Positions 45,953 through 60,186 of a DNA stretch of 64,000 nucleotides are shown here, in pieces. Below the pieces are notes generated by a model, which had not been told where the DNA came from, made no database searches, and saw nothing but the letters and a program-made list of their open reading frames with translations. The DNA is taken from positions 19,780,001 to 19,844,000 of the forward strand of contig CM097885.1 in assembly GCA_044892525.1 (NCBI GenBank), given 5' to 3'. The stretch is from Schmidtea polychroa (Eukaryota). Every line of letters starts with the position of its first letter. Positions within the stretch are counted from its first letter, which is position 1. The translations under genes were made by a program, and so were the position numbers.

Positions 45953-47238
45953 AAATACTGACTATTTCCTTAAGGTATTGTAATTTCCCTTAAAATATTC
46001 ATATTTTACCAATGGGAACTCTCTAGAATATTATCCATTTAAATATGGATATGCAACCAACAAAATCTCGATTTTTTATATCCAAGTGATTGATTGATTT
46101 CCTCAAAAATCATCTAAAATGCATCAAATTTCCTTAAAATATCTACCCATTTTTAAAAATTCGTATTTTAGGGATAAGTACCTGTAACAGATCATATATC
46201 CCCTCTTAATATCAAACCAATAAGATTCCTTAAAATCATTTTAAATGACTATATCTCTATTCTGCCCCTTTAACTTTGATCTTAATTCTTATTATATAAA
46301 TATCACAAATATTTCACTATAAATCATCTAAAATTAAGTAAATTAAATTGGTTATTAACCCAAAATAATTTATAAAAATCAATTGAAACTCATTTAAGTT
46401 CAATAAAAGCAGTTATAATTAAAAATAATTGAACTATGTTTCTAAATCACTCCTCGAAATTTAAAACTAAATGACTCTTTTATATTTCGCGATAAGTACT
46501 CGTAAAAGAATCACCGCCAAATACCAACATCCATCTCTCTATATTCCATTCTTAACTGTTATTCAACCGATTTAATCTCTAGAAATCTAATTAAAGAGCA
46601 TATGATAAATCAGGAATTTCCCCCAATAAACATCAATTTTCATTAGTTGTTGTCGATGTCCAACATTAATCTTTTAAGTCAATATTTCTCAACTTTTGTC
46701 ATCGATATCCTCATAATCATTGCCTGCTTATAACATCTTAAATAAAGGTAAAATAATTTAAAGCATTTCCCATGTGATATCAATTCCAATTATCTCTAAA
46801 GATCTCAAATATTAATAATCTATGTTCTAAACCACTGCTTTTTAGATATCTAAAAATTTAGAGAAGTTTAGATAAAGTTATTCTGTGTTGGGTTTCGATT
46901 CATTTGTTTAAATAAGAACACGAGGAGTCAGAGAAAACCGGAATGCAAAATAATAACCAAAAAAAACAAAAACTTATAAAAATTCAGAATTAATTAACAA
47001 TATCGTATCAAATCTTTTTGAATTTTAATAAAATGTTTTGAGATGGGTATTATTTTGATAATAAAAACAGATCATGTGAAGTCAATGCCACCAACACATT
47101 CAATGAACCAATAATGAATCATTGCTAAATACTGACTATTTCCTTGAGGTATTGTAATTTCCCTTAAAATATTGATATTTTACCAATGGGAATTCTCTAG
47201 AACATTACCCATTTAAATATGGATATTCAACCAACAAC
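45953..47238 (+). repeat. ~110-bp direct repeat pair (45953-46063, 47127-47238)
   Basis: AAATACTGACTATTTCCTT.AGGTATTGTAATTTCCCTTAAAATATT...CAACCAACAA occurs twice. Confidence 0.85.
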
Positions 47239-49751
47239 ATTTCTCTTAATAGATTCCAAACTTAACCGATCCCTCACCAAATGACCATAATTCTACCACT
47301 TTAAACATTAATATCCAACCGACTATATCCCCTTTAAATTTTTATATATTCTTTCAATCAACATAAAATTCACAAAAAATTATAGAAATCTACTTGAATA
47401 TTTCCTAAAACCAGCTAACATCAACTTTAAGCAATAAACAGTGAATTTAGGTACCCAATTTGACTAAATAATCATACAAATAAAATTATTAAAACTGAAG
47501 ACAACTCCATCAAATTCATAATTAAATTAATTTTAAAATATACAAATCAGTCAAATTATCACAAATCAAGATAAGAACTTTGATAAAAAATTATTTTAGT
47601 GGTAAGAATTATCATTGCAGCGTAAAATGGAAAGATAATTATTCTCTAAACAAGGAAATGGAGATAAAATTAACAATGAAATTATTAATCGCAAGTGGTA
47701 AGAATCTTCATTAAAATTTTGAGGTGTTTTCATTTGAGAATTGAATATTTCAATGATTTATTAAGATAATTTTAAATGATAAATAATAGACTATTAAAAT
47801 AAGTTTTAAAATAATTTTTAAATTAAAAAGACAAAAAAGGATAAATTTTAAATAAATAAGTTTTTAAAATAAGTTTTATTAGTAAATAATGTTTAAATAA
47901 ATACATTTTAAATATCGAAAATGTTAATAAATTGTTTTGAAAATATTTTATTCAAGGCTGAAAATTTGTTTGAAAATTATTATACAATATTTAATTAAAT
48001 AAATATTTGGAATTATGACGTTATATCTTGAACCTTATTTAAAAAATAATTTAGAAGATGTTCTAGCAGCATCTAATAAAGGTGAGGAAATAGAAACAGA
48101 ATTATTCATTGAACTTATTTATGAAAAAATGATAAATTAATAAACTCAAAAGAGTTACAATTTTCATTGAAAATTAATTCTTTACTTATTTAAAATTCTC
48201 ACTGGCCATATAATAGACCTTAAAATACTTTGGCTTTTTTAGCGAGAGTAGGATTCTATGTACAAAAACCTCTATGGTCAAAGACACCCCCTGACGATAG
48301 TGAGAATCCAAAAACCCCTCTACAGTAATGGTTTTTAAACGAGATTTGGATTTAATGTATAAAAAATCTTGGGACCAAAAATACTCCCTGACTATAGTGT
48401 GAATCCCATTCACCAACCAATTGACTCTAATTCTTGTCGAGTAATCTATATTAGGATGACAATTCATTAAACGCTACAAGTTAAAAATGGCGGTATAATG
48501 ATAATTATCACCATCTTCAAGGAGTAAAAAGTACACAGGTATACCATTTTTACCACCAATAACTTTCTATCTATGTATGATATCAAGATAAGGATGATGT
48601 GGCACATAATCACCATCATTATTATTGTCATCATCTATAATAATTATATCCTTGTATGAAAACACATTTATAGCAAGATTTAGAATTATTTTCCTCTCAA
48701 ATTTCGAAATGTTACACAGCTTCATGGAGCAATTAGCCATAGGGTAATAATAAATCTCACTCAAGAAACTAGTATACTTGCTCACTCTATTCCAATGATT
48801 TCTAATCTGGTCATGTTTTAATACATAAGGTACACTAAATATAAATCACATGTTGTCTGTATTCTTAATGTTCACTATGACAGTTTTATGCTTGGTATAT
48901 ATGTATGGCCCAATAATTGATTAATTGGACAAATTTTGTTCAAAATAAACCCAATTTCTTTAATTTTATTGATTCACCACACGCTGCCAAGATATGTAAA
49001 TTTAACAATTTTCTCGTTTAATTTTGCCACTATTTAATAAATAAAACGTCCGAGAAAACCTGTGCAATATTTGAAAAATATTTGTCCCTAATTTCCTCAG
49101 CGAGTCCGGTGGTTTAGATCTACAGATTATAGCCACAGGTCAACTGGTGCCTGGCGCGTGACTAGAGTGGTGATAATGGGGTTCTGAGAGATGCTAGCGG
49201 TCGTGTGAGGTATAGTGTTCAAATCTTTATGAGCTCTCTTTGGGGAGCCTCGCCATCCAAGTGGTGTGACGGAATGATGTCCAACTCCATCATAGCTGCG
49301 CATTGTGAAATCTGGACTACTAACTCTCAATTCGTGTACCATTGGTGGCGGATCACTAGTGGTGGGTTACTGATGGTTAAAGGTTTATTAGTTAGTGCTG
49401 TTACCAGCGTAACCCAGAATACAACATTCTTCTCCCGCTTGGTACCCGTTGAGTAATCAACGTTGGTACTGTACCAAGGGGTTGAGTACTCGCAAGAAGT
49501 GAGCGCATCAAGGCACTATAATTGTCGAGCACTCTATGGGTTCACGGACTACCGTTAGAAGGTGTGTGTCCGATTTCTCAGGTCCCTTATCAAAATTGTT
49601 CTCCCAAACTCTCGCGCAAACTCTCACTTCTCAGTCAATCACAAAATATCTTGGATATTATTTTAATACTACAAAATATTTATTATTTTCATACTACAAC
49701 AATTATACAAATCATACTACAAATATATATAGATCAACATTTCGCAACAGT

Positions 49752-50222
49752 TCAGATCGGCTTGTTGGTGGGGCAAACCGGTCCCGTCGTAGACACTTGC
49801 GCTGAAATTGTTTGCCGTTCGTACTCGGCCAACCTGGCCTTCTTCAGTTTCTCCCGAATGTTCCGTCCAAGCCGCTTTCGCTTAAGCTTACTTTCAGCAG
49901 CTGGGGGATATATGGTTGCGAGTTCAACGGCCAGTGGCCGTATTTGTCTTGCCACGGCCTCGTGCACCAACTGCTCATTTCGCTCGGTTTCCAGCGCCCG
50001 CACCTGCAATTTCAGGGCGCGGATCTCCATCTGGTCTTGTGCGGCCTGTGTCTTCAGCTGGAGGATCTGGGTTGTTTTCCTCTTCATTGCTTCGGGACTA
50101 AACCAGGTCCCCTCGAAATCCCGACATTTTCCATTCAACTTGTCCACCCGGATTCAGAGTTCGTCGGTTTGCTGCTGGGCCTGCTCACGATCCTTGCGTA
50201 GGTTTTCCATCAATTTATACAC
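49752..50222 (-). pseudogene. EGTWFSP coiled-coil ORF in copy C (one in-frame TGA upstream of the motif)
   Basis: Acceptor-like TTTTAG then ..LMENLRKDREQAQQQTDEL*IRVDKLNGKCRDFEGTWFSP. Confidence 0.6.
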
Positions 50223-50494
50223 TAAAAGGAAAAAGCATTAGTTTCCATTACACCCAAACAGAAAGTTAAAACCAATGAATAGTAAAATTAATGAGTTGAT
50301 GTTAGCATTTCTACCGAAGTATCTTTATACTCCTCCATTTATCAAGTAATGCACAAAATAAAAGGAAAACACTTTATTTGAGAGTAAACACTCGACGTTT
50401 ACTAATATACACAAAAGTTTAAATCAAACACAACAACTGCCAATAGTGAGTTCATAAAAACAGGAGTTGTACAAGTTAACTGAATTGTCCACGA

Positions 50495-50794
50495 TCACAA
50501 TGGTTGTTTGCGGGGCCTCCCTCTCTTCCGCGGAGTTATCTCGGCGTCTTCGAGCTCCTCTAGGGATACCCCCTCTCGCTTGGCTCGAAGTTGCAGTTCC
50601 AGTTTCTTCAGCCGGCTCTGAGCGATTTCCACATCAACGGCCGCTTGATCTCTGGCCTCTCGGAGTACATTGTTCTCCGGCTCCGTTTTCACCCACGCCG
50701 GGGCATCCGGTTCCGGACCGCTTCTGATAACCGGACTAAAGTTGTCAAGGTCCAATCCACGATTCCAGTTAAGTAAGTTAAGTGCTTTTAACAC
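50495..50794 (-). CDS. Small coiled-coil protein with AT-hook in copy C
   Basis: TPRKRGRPRK AT-hook and a heptad-like region; start uncertain. Confidence 0.55.
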   Translation of the reverse strand: MLKALNLLNWNRGLDLDNFSPVIRSGPEPDAPAWVKTEPENNVLREARDQAAVDVEIAQSRLKKLELQLRAKREGVSLEELEDAEITPRKRGRPRKQPL

Positions 50795-52126
50795 GAAGAT
50801 TGAATTTAACTTAGCGATAATTTTTAATCAATTAAATTAAGAAGAAAAATTTTTTTATCTAATAGAAAAAATTAGTAACTAATAATTTAAATAAAGCCAT
50901 GGAATCTTGCTTTTTTAGTACTTTTTGTTTTGTTATAGTCATTTAACAGTATCTAAATTTTTCGTTGTTTTGTTGATGTAATTATAATTAATGATAAATA
51001 ATGAATTTCGAATCAATTTGTACTTTTGGTTAATTTTGCTATGATAAGGTAAAAAATTGAAAATATTAAATATTGATATCGTAAACTTGTTAATAACATT
51101 TCAGTAATATCAGTAGTCGGCCGCACTCCCACAACAATCACCATTGACCAACAACCTACCATGACATCCCGTCTGAGCAAGGATTGCTTGACAGCACCAA
51201 TGAGAAAATTCAAAGGTTTGCTTAGCAATCAAGTTTATTACCATTCAATGAGGTATGAAGGCTTGGTCGTCCCAAGGTCGGTTCCGCCCACTAATCGTCC
51301 TGGCGGAATTACCGACAATGATTACGTAGAAGAGACACAAGAAGTATAGTCGGCTATCCAACATTATTACATCAAAGCCATATGCAAGTCGTTGAACCAA
51401 TAAAAAAAACTGAAGGAATCATCCCGAGGCTTTCCCACCCCAGGGGATACATTTCATTACCTGTGCCCGCAGGACTTTGGCATGAATATGATTCGAAGAA
51501 ACCATGATGCTAATATATGGGGTGATTGGATTAATAAATGTAGTTTACAATTGAGTTCTTAGTCCTTTGATTTGATAATTTTGTCAGAATTTTAGTGATT
51601 AATAAATTTAGACTTCTTTTGATTTGGTTTTGAAATAATTTTAATAACTTTAACCAATTAGTAAATAATTTTAATAAATTGTTTCAGTAATTTTTTCTCT
51701 TCATACTATTACCCTAAAGGGTTGTGGTCATGGTACCGCATTGGGATCCGGACAGCTATTTTGTAGATTTATGGGGATATATCCAGAATCACGCATGTAT
51801 ACTTGTACCTTCACACACGCACACACACTTATATTATCCATATATACATATATATTCCCACATCAGTAATATAGAGTTCATTTTCCGGGGGGGGGTGTTA
51901 CTAAAAATAGAATTTAGTGATTTTCCGTACTTTTATTGGAAGATAGGGTCCCCGAAACTAAATTTAGAGATAAGGGAATCCCAAAATCAATAAGTTGTTT
52001 TATAATTTTATTTTTATGAAATAATTATTTAAAAATATAATAATAGTAATAACAATGGTAATAGTAATAATAATAGTAAGAATGATCATGGTACTAATAA
52101 CAATGCTAATATTAATAATAATAATG

Positions 52127-52247
<121 letters not shown>

Positions 52248-55200
52248 CGACCATACTAATAATAATATTAATAATAATGATGATAATAATAATAATGATA
52301 ACGATTATAATAGCAATAAGAAATATAATTATCTTCAATTTATAATTTATAATTTCAACAAAATATATGTTTTATTTCTAATTTTTAATGTCGTGTACTT
52401 AAAGGCAAGCTATTCTAGCTATTTACACTTTATATATTTATAGTTAAATATTAGTTGTAATCATTTTTAACTGGTATTGATGCTTCTTTATAGATTATAT
52501 TTATAATGCCGATTTACCTGGCATTATTTATATTCCCTACGATATAGTTAGAACTTATAATTACTTATAGTTTACATCCATAAACCTTTTATATATAACT
52601 AATTATAGTTTATAATTTTCAGAATTAATATACATATATAGTTAATAATTATGAGTTATATTTGTGATCAAGATTCATATACCACTATTTCTAATTTATA
52701 TTCTATAAAGTAAAATTTTACTATGACTATCGATATACTTCATATATAACATTTATAAGTTTGAGAATTTATGTTTTGAGAATTTATAACTTTAAGCTCG
52801 ATACGATTTATGTACAACGTTTATGATCTTTATAATTTATGGTTTTAAGATTAAAAAAGATTCTTTCATAATTAATTATGATTTAGATTTTTAGGCCCCA
52901 AAATTCATACCGAAATTTTATAAGATACATCTTCAAAGCCTATCTACCATTATTACTGGGTTACCTTTTCAAAGTTAACTACATATACCATCTATACATA
53001 ACTAGATTCATATTTTCTGATCCATATACACCTAAATTTGGTTTATTTCATAGTTAAGATTTATTCACATTGTTCATAGCTGAGGTTTTTAAGTTGGGAT
53101 AATTACACATTTATCGTTTATCTAATTATTTTCGATGTAGAAACCCTGAATTTTGTACTTAATTTTGAAGAGTTAAGTTTATCATATCTACATTTATATT
53201 TGAATTAGCCTGTTAAATTATACTTGAAATTACTTTTATGGGTCAACCAGCTACATGAGTGTGAGTGCAGAATTGTGTAAGTTTAGGTATGAGTTCTACT
53301 CAGATTAATATCTTAGTGTAGAGATGTTGTTCATGATTTTAAGTGTTGAAATTAATTGTGTATTAAGCAAAGGTCGGGAAGAATATTGCTTCCATGGCCC
53401 CACTGTGACCACTTTCACAACCTTAATGTTATGTGCTAAGTCAACCATTTACGGCTGACCTTTAATAAAAACAAAGAGTCAGACGGAGGGTTTCCTCGAC
53501 CTAACTCCATGGCGGGACCATGAAGTAGTTCGACCTCCGAAGGACCCGAACAAAAAGAGGACGATATAATAATAGATCGATATAATATTCATAATGCATG
53601 TACTATAAATTTTAAATAAATTGGATGCAGGACTGAACAACGACGCAGGAATACCAGTACGCCGTTGAACATTCGTACATCACTGGAGAAAATCAAAAGT
53701 AAGAAACATCAAAATATGCAATTACTTTAATTTTTCCTAAATAAACCATTACTACAATAAAAATAAAAAATAGATCCTCAATACAATAACAATGAAAAAT
53801 TAATCCATCAATGCAATTAAAAAAAAATTAAATCAACAATCCTTACTATTTGTGTCGGCAAGATTTTTCTCAAAAATTGGCATAAAATGGTGATTGATTA
53901 TGACCGAAACGTGTCGGTATATATACCTATTTTGTACACGTGTATGTATTGATGCATTAAAACAAACTCGAATTCTTTTTATTCCAGAATTTTCTATTTT
54001 GCGATTTTGCTATTTTTAATGGCAATTTTTGTGCCATAATTTTTGTTATTTTTAAATTTTTATTTTTTAATTATTTTTTGTTAATTCGACGTCCATGGTG
54101 GATTTGGAACGGTTCCAGAACATTCCATGTTAATTTTAATTTTATTTTTATTTTAACTGATGTTTTATGAATTTCTTTTTAAGATTTTTTATTTTTAATA
54201 CTAATTTATTTATTTTTTCTAACTTTGGTTGTTCTAGATGGCTTTTGTGATGGTCATCGCCATTTTATGGAATGTTCTGGGTTTTTCTGGAATTTTTTAC
54301 TGTTTTTACCGTCTTTAAGTTATTCGAGTCTGTTTTTTGTAACTCTGTGTTTATTTGGTTATTTTTGAGTTCTATTTTGCATAACTTCTTGCTTTTTGTA
54401 TAATTTTATTTAATTTCTGTGTTTATTATTTGTTGTTTTTTCCTTTAATTACTATTGTTTATTTGGTGTAGTTTTTAATATTTAGCTATACTTTTTGCTT
54501 TTTGCATGTTGTGTACCTACACCTTTCAGTCATAATTAGAAGTTTGGGTCTAGAAATCAGTTCTAGCCCAACACTAGTCATTGGGCTCTTCTTTCTGTGA
54601 TTATCTAATCACGATTTCTTTCTATCCGAGTGACACGTTGATAGAGTACCCGTGCTTTCTTCGGAGACACCAGATTGCTTCCATTAGGTTTATCCGCGCC
54701 TGCCGACGACTTATTTTACCGCGAAGGTTACGATTTTACTCCTCTAGCCGCGTGTCAACGGTCACCAAAGATGATATGTTAAAAACTGGTGCTGATCCTA
54801 TCTTTGGTTGTATTCTTAAAGAAAAGAGGCTCGAGTTATTATCGTTATCTTTCGATAAAACTTAACATTGGTTGATATCGATTATTTATGGTTATCGTCT
54901 TGTGTAGATTATTGGAAGGGGTTTTTTTATTTATTACCGTTTATAAATTTCATATGATCGTTTGTTCTTATGACTATCTATAGACTATTGTAATTATTAA
55001 TCATTTACTATTCTCGTCCATTCATTATTCGGACCTATTGTTATTATTTCCTAATTTTTCTGTTGCTCTTTATTTAGCTTTTCACTTAATGTCATTCAGT
55101 TTTCCTCGGGTTAAGAATGTTACTGAAAATATGGACTTTTGTTAATCTGGTGAAACCGTGGATTTAGTTTGCGACTGAGTCGGGTGTAATGAATTATTTT

Positions 55201-55559
55201 AGTCTCCTGTGAGGCATTTTCTGTTTTGTGCATGTTAATGGTCTTTCAATCTTGATCTAGACGATCGCGTAAAATTCGGACAATCCCTACTTCTTGTTCC
55301 AAATTTTAAATACAGTGATGTGAGCAATTAGATCCAGCATTTGTCACTTATATCTTAGGACGGTTTGTATAACCGATTATCTTTCCTTCAAATCAATTAG
55401 CAGCATTTTTGGGAAACTCAATTGTATATTTTTATTTGTGCATAATCAATAAACTCTTTCGTATTCAAGTCTTGTTTAATCCATATTAAATTATTTATAT
55501 TTACACGCCCATATTTGGTATTTATATCTTTGGAGTCAGATATAATCTGTGTTAGGACA

Positions 55560-55995
55560 AATCAATCCACCTGATCAGAAGATAAAGTTGTGGAATCGCA
55601 GACAACGTAGGTGTTGAGAACTTTGAAAAAGACAAACCAGCAGCAGCAGGAAAGCTGACATTCGCAGAAGCATTTAATATTATTCAAACTGTTGAAGGGA
55701 AATATAATCGACAAAAAGAAAACGTGATAATGTACAAAAGATCAATGGACTTCTGGAATTAACGGAAATCGAAATTAAACCAATTCGTGAAGAGAAACTG
55801 ACAAATGCTCTTAGTGAACTACATGACTTGAAAAATGTCTGGAATGAATTCAAAAGCACCTGGGGAAAGATTCAAGACATAAAAGAAATTCCTTGTCTTT
55901 TTGTTCAACCTCGAACATTACGACAAGATATCGAAAATTTAACAAAACAATTGGAAGAATTATCGGAAGAATTATTAAAAATCCTAAAGATCCAT
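55560..55995 (+). pseudogene. Cytoplasmic dynein heavy chain fragment
   Basis: EDKVVES, EKDKP..GKL...EA......EGKY.R.K, L.ELHDLK.VW.E....W..I...KE.P...VQPR.LRQ match my recollection of the dynein-1 heavy chain stem; frameshifted. Confidence 0.75.
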
Positions 55996-56525
55996 GTTTC
56001 AGGAAATCTGGTGTGATTTTGTTGAGGCATATGAGTCTGATGAGTTAAATAAATTAAATAGTGTGAGCAAGGTTGATGAGCCTAAATTTGTGTTAGTATT
56101 GCCGTACTCAGAAGGTTTTAAGGATTATAAAGTGAAAATAAGAAAGCAGTTAGGGAATTTAAACTATAAGATAGAGTCAACTTCATGGAAAGTATGCAAT
56201 ATGTTTATTAATAAGTCTAAAACTCGGGTCGAATTGTGTTCCGATCTCGTTTATCAGTTTAGATGTAATGGGTGCAATGCCACATACATTGGAGAGACTT
56301 CCCGTCATCTCTGTATTCGAGCTCGAGAGCATTGTAGACCGAAGGCATTGACCAATATTAGTTAGCACAATAAGGGCTGTAAGAGTAAAATAGGTGTCTG
56401 ATTTTAAAATTTTATTAAAAAATTTCGATAATTATTGGGAACGTATAATTTGTGAGGAGTTGAATCCGAAGCTGAATCCGAAAATTAATGTGTAGATCCA
56501 ATGAATACTTGTGTTTTAAATGTTT
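55996..56525 (+). mobile_element. Penelope-like element 3' fragment (GIY-YIG endonuclease); continues after piggyBac 2 to ~59500
   Basis: LPY...LVYQFRCNGCNATYIGETSRHL.IR.REH. Confidence 0.85.
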
Positions 56526-56529
56526 TTAA

Positions 56530-56884
56530 CCCTTTGACGTTCTGTGGTATATATATGTACCACGTCTTCAACAAAATAGTTCACCAATAAATAAACATAA
56601 TTTGGTTTCGCCCTTTGATAAAAATACTCTCATATGCCTAATGATAATCATTGGAATCTTTGGTGTCTATAAAAACATTGTTTTAGTTAATACGATCTCG
56701 TTAAATATTTGAAATTTTCAGAATTTTGAGACATTATCTTCTACTCAGATTATTTTAGGTAATCTTTTGTTTTTGAAAAGGTTTTTCATATTATATTATT
56801 TCACAATGATTTAACTAACATAATGACTATTAAAATAACTTAAATACTATTTTTTTGTACTTCAGAGAACTGAAATAACATGGT

Positions 56885-56936
<52 letters not shown>

Positions 56937-59211
56937 ACAGAACGGTAAACATAAATTTAGCGTATTATATAGTTCATTATTAAATTACTAAATTGATAGT
57001 ACTTAGTGATAGCACAGAAATATAATTAAAATGAAAATACATATTTTAACACTTGCTATTTATTTTTTATGATTTTTATTATAGGATATGTCAAAAGAAA
57101 AAAGAATTGTTCACTCAAGAAGAGCCTGTGCTCAAAAAGCAATTTCACTTTTATGGGCGGATAATTCTGAGGACGAAATGGAAAACCTTGATGAGGAAGA
57201 TGTTACCCTGATTGAAAATGACATTGAAATAGGTATCGACGAAACAATAATAGAAGGTATATAAGCTAGCTACAAATTAAAATCAGCATTTATGGTGACC
57301 AAAGTTTTATTTTTATGTTTTTAGACATAGATGTTGATGAGGAATCTAAAGACTTATCTGATGAGTCAGGTACATTATTTCAATTTCCTAATATATTTCA
57401 ATCGAATTCGTATATTTGTTTCTGTTCCCATTTCAGAACGTGATTCAGATGTGTTGCATTCAACGGCTTTAAATATAAAATGGCAAAAGAAACGGAGATT
57501 GTTGGAATTCCCTACACCTACAAAACTAGTAGATTTCGGAAAAGTGAAAGTGGATATTGAACCTGCAACTGCCTACTCTTCATTTGAAATCACAACAAAT
57601 TTTGAAGATCTTGTAACACTCATTATTGAACAAACTAAATTGTATGCTCAACAACAGGGAATTATATTCGATGTAACAAGTGAAGAGATAAAAGCATTTC
57701 TGGGTATATGCATAATTATGGGCTATAACAGATTACCAAATCTCCGTGACTATTGGTCAACTGACAGAGATCTCCATGTAGATGCAATTGCCGATGTGAT
57801 GACAGTGAAAAGATTTGAATTTATCCTAAAGAATTTGCACTTTAGTGATAATGCTCTTCAGCCACATAAAGACAATCCGGAATACGACAGAGCGTACAAA
57901 GTACGTCCACTAATAAATCATTTCAACAAAGCGTTTCAAGCTGCAATGGAAATGGAAAATGAAATGTCAATTGATGAACACATGATTAAGTTCAATGGGA
58001 AAAGTGCAATGAAACAGTACGTCAAAGGAAAACCCATACCCTGGGGATTCAAAATGTGGGTCCGAGTATCATCACACTCTGGATATGTTCATGAACTTGA
58101 CATGTATCAAGGCAAAGTTTATAATGAAGGTCGCCAATTTGGTCTAGGTGGAAGTGTGGTAATGCATTTGGCAAAAAGTCTTCACAACACAAACTGTATC
58201 CTGGCAATGGATAATTTCTTCTCCTCGGTAGAGCTGTTTTTCTATTTACGTGAAAACGGTGTTCAAGCTATTGGTACTATCAGAACATCACGAAAATACT
58301 TTCCAGATGATGTACGTGCTAACAAGCGTATGAAAGAGGTTAGCACTGATGGCAGTATCTCATCAATAAAGTGGATGGACAAACGTCCTGTCACTATTCT
58401 ATCCAATTATGAGACTCCTTTTGAAACCACGACCGTTATGAGAAGACGAAGAGGTACGGCTGGTAAAATGCCTAAAACTGTTCCAAAAATGGTTTCGACG
58501 TATAATTCAATTATGGGAGTTGTTGACATTGCAGATCAACGAAAAGAGGCATATGGAATCGACCGAAGGTAAGCAAAAATTTACAGCCTCTGTGCACATT
58601 ATAACTCTACATACATTGTTTGTTTTGATTTTTTTACTTAAAGGTCAAAAGTGAAGTTTTACTTACGCATTTTCTTTGACCTACTGGATATTGGTGTGTG
58701 TAATTTCTATGTCATTTTCAAGAAACTAAATGAGAGCAACCTAATGAAGGCTCTTGACTTTCGCAGATCTGTGGCGCTATCTCTCACTGGTCGTTACAGT
58801 AGTCGTCAGAGAGCGACATCCGCCAATCCTCCTTCAAAGAAAATTCGACCGAGTAATGCTGCTTGTCCTACACCACAACATTTACCAGTATTCACAGAAG
58901 ACAGAAAGCGATGCACATACTGCAGCACCCGAAGACATGATTGCCGCAGCAACATTAAATGCCGTTCATGTGATGTTCACCTCTGTCTGAATGCTCAACG
59001 TCAGTGTTATTCACTTTATCATATAATTGACTGATTGGATATTTTGCATATTATCGCTTAGTGGTGTATTTATGTACCACCCCAGGTAGTGTCTAAAAAA
59101 TAAAGAATAAATTATTTTTTGAAAATAATACTCACAAATGGACTAAAATCTGTCGATTGATTAATATTTCAAGCGATAAAAATGCCGGCAACGCTTATGA
59201 GCGTCAAAGGG
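56530..59211 (+). mobile_element. piggyBac DNA transposon 2, full length
   Basis: TTAA-CCCTTTGACGTTC ... GAGCGTCAAAGGG-TTAA. Confidence 0.95.
57088..59034 (+). CDS. piggyBac transposase, four exons (57088-57256, 57325-57369, 57437-58568, 58644-59034)
   Basis: Three GT-AG introns keep the frame. IDEHM, MDNFF and VDIADQ catalytic Asp motifs plus a C-terminal Cys-rich domain. Confidence 0.88.
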
Positions 59212-59437
59212 TTAAATAAATTATTGTATGTATTGATTGTTGTTAAATTAAATAATTAATAACATTTTTAAATTATTAAATTAAATTCTAAATGCTCGAA
59301 TTAAAAATATATATATTATTTTAATTATAATTTTTAAAAAGAATAAAATGTTTTTATTAAATAAAAAAATGTTTTTATATAATTAATAAAATTAATAAAT
59401 TTGTTTAAAATTCTTAATTTATATAATTATTATATCC

Positions 59438-59476
59438 TACCTGATGATGACAGGAAAACTGTGGAAATATATCGTG
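59438..59476 (+). ncRNA. Minimal type I hammerhead ribozyme-like motif (Penelope-associated), possibly degenerate
   Basis: TAC-CTGATGA-TG-ACAG-GAAAA-CTGT-G-GAAA-TATA-TC-GTG. Confidence 0.6.
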
Positions 59477-59633
59477 AAAAGAATGTTTGATTGGTCTTAT
59501 CTTATAATTATTGTTATTAATATTATTATTTTATTATTATTTTATTATTATTATTATTTTATTATTATTATTATTATTTTATTATTATTATTATTATTTT
59601 ATTATTATTATTTTATTATTTTTATTATTATTA

Positions 59634-59685
<52 letters not shown>

Positions 59686-59959
59686 ATTATTTATTATTAT
59701 TGGTAAATTATTAGTTTGTCGCGTCTGTGTGCGTTTTTGTTTGGGTTGTGTGCGCACACAGACGCGTAAAATGGTCGGGTTGTTGGTTTGTCTCGCGTCT
59801 GTGTGCGCTTTTTTCTTTGTTTTTGGCTTGTGTGCGCACACAGACGCGTAAGAAAATTGTGAAGATTTAGGAATTATGATTTTGAATAATGGTTTTCTTC
59901 AGATAAAATATGGCTGCTTTTAATGAAGAAATTTATGAATCAAGCAATATAATTGAGGA

Positions 59960-60186
59960 TAAATGGTCTTTTGAATCTGATAACTCAATGGAAATTGGAA
60001 ATATCAAATGTTCTTTTGAATTGAATAACTCAATGGAAATGGGAAATACCAAATGGTCTTTTGAATCTGATAACTCAATGGAAATGGGAAATACCAAATG
60101 GTCTTTTGAAACTGATAACTCAATGGAAATGGGAAATATCAAATGTTCTTTTGAATCTGATAACTCAATGGAAATGGGAAATACTA
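59960..60186 (+). repeat. 42-bp tandem repeat, about five copies (KWSFESDNSMEMGN)
   Basis: AAATGGTCTTTTGAATCTGATAACTCAATGGAAATGGGAAATA units. Confidence 0.9.

Noticed and set aside
54545..54578. Helitron 3' end (hairpin + CTAG|T)
   Set aside because: The CTAG is the TSD, also present at 49356-49359; other copies lack it.
55100..55550. Possible second Penelope/GIY-YIG relic on the minus strand
   Set aside because: Only a weak C..CPNF..SRLKDH trace; too degenerate to call.
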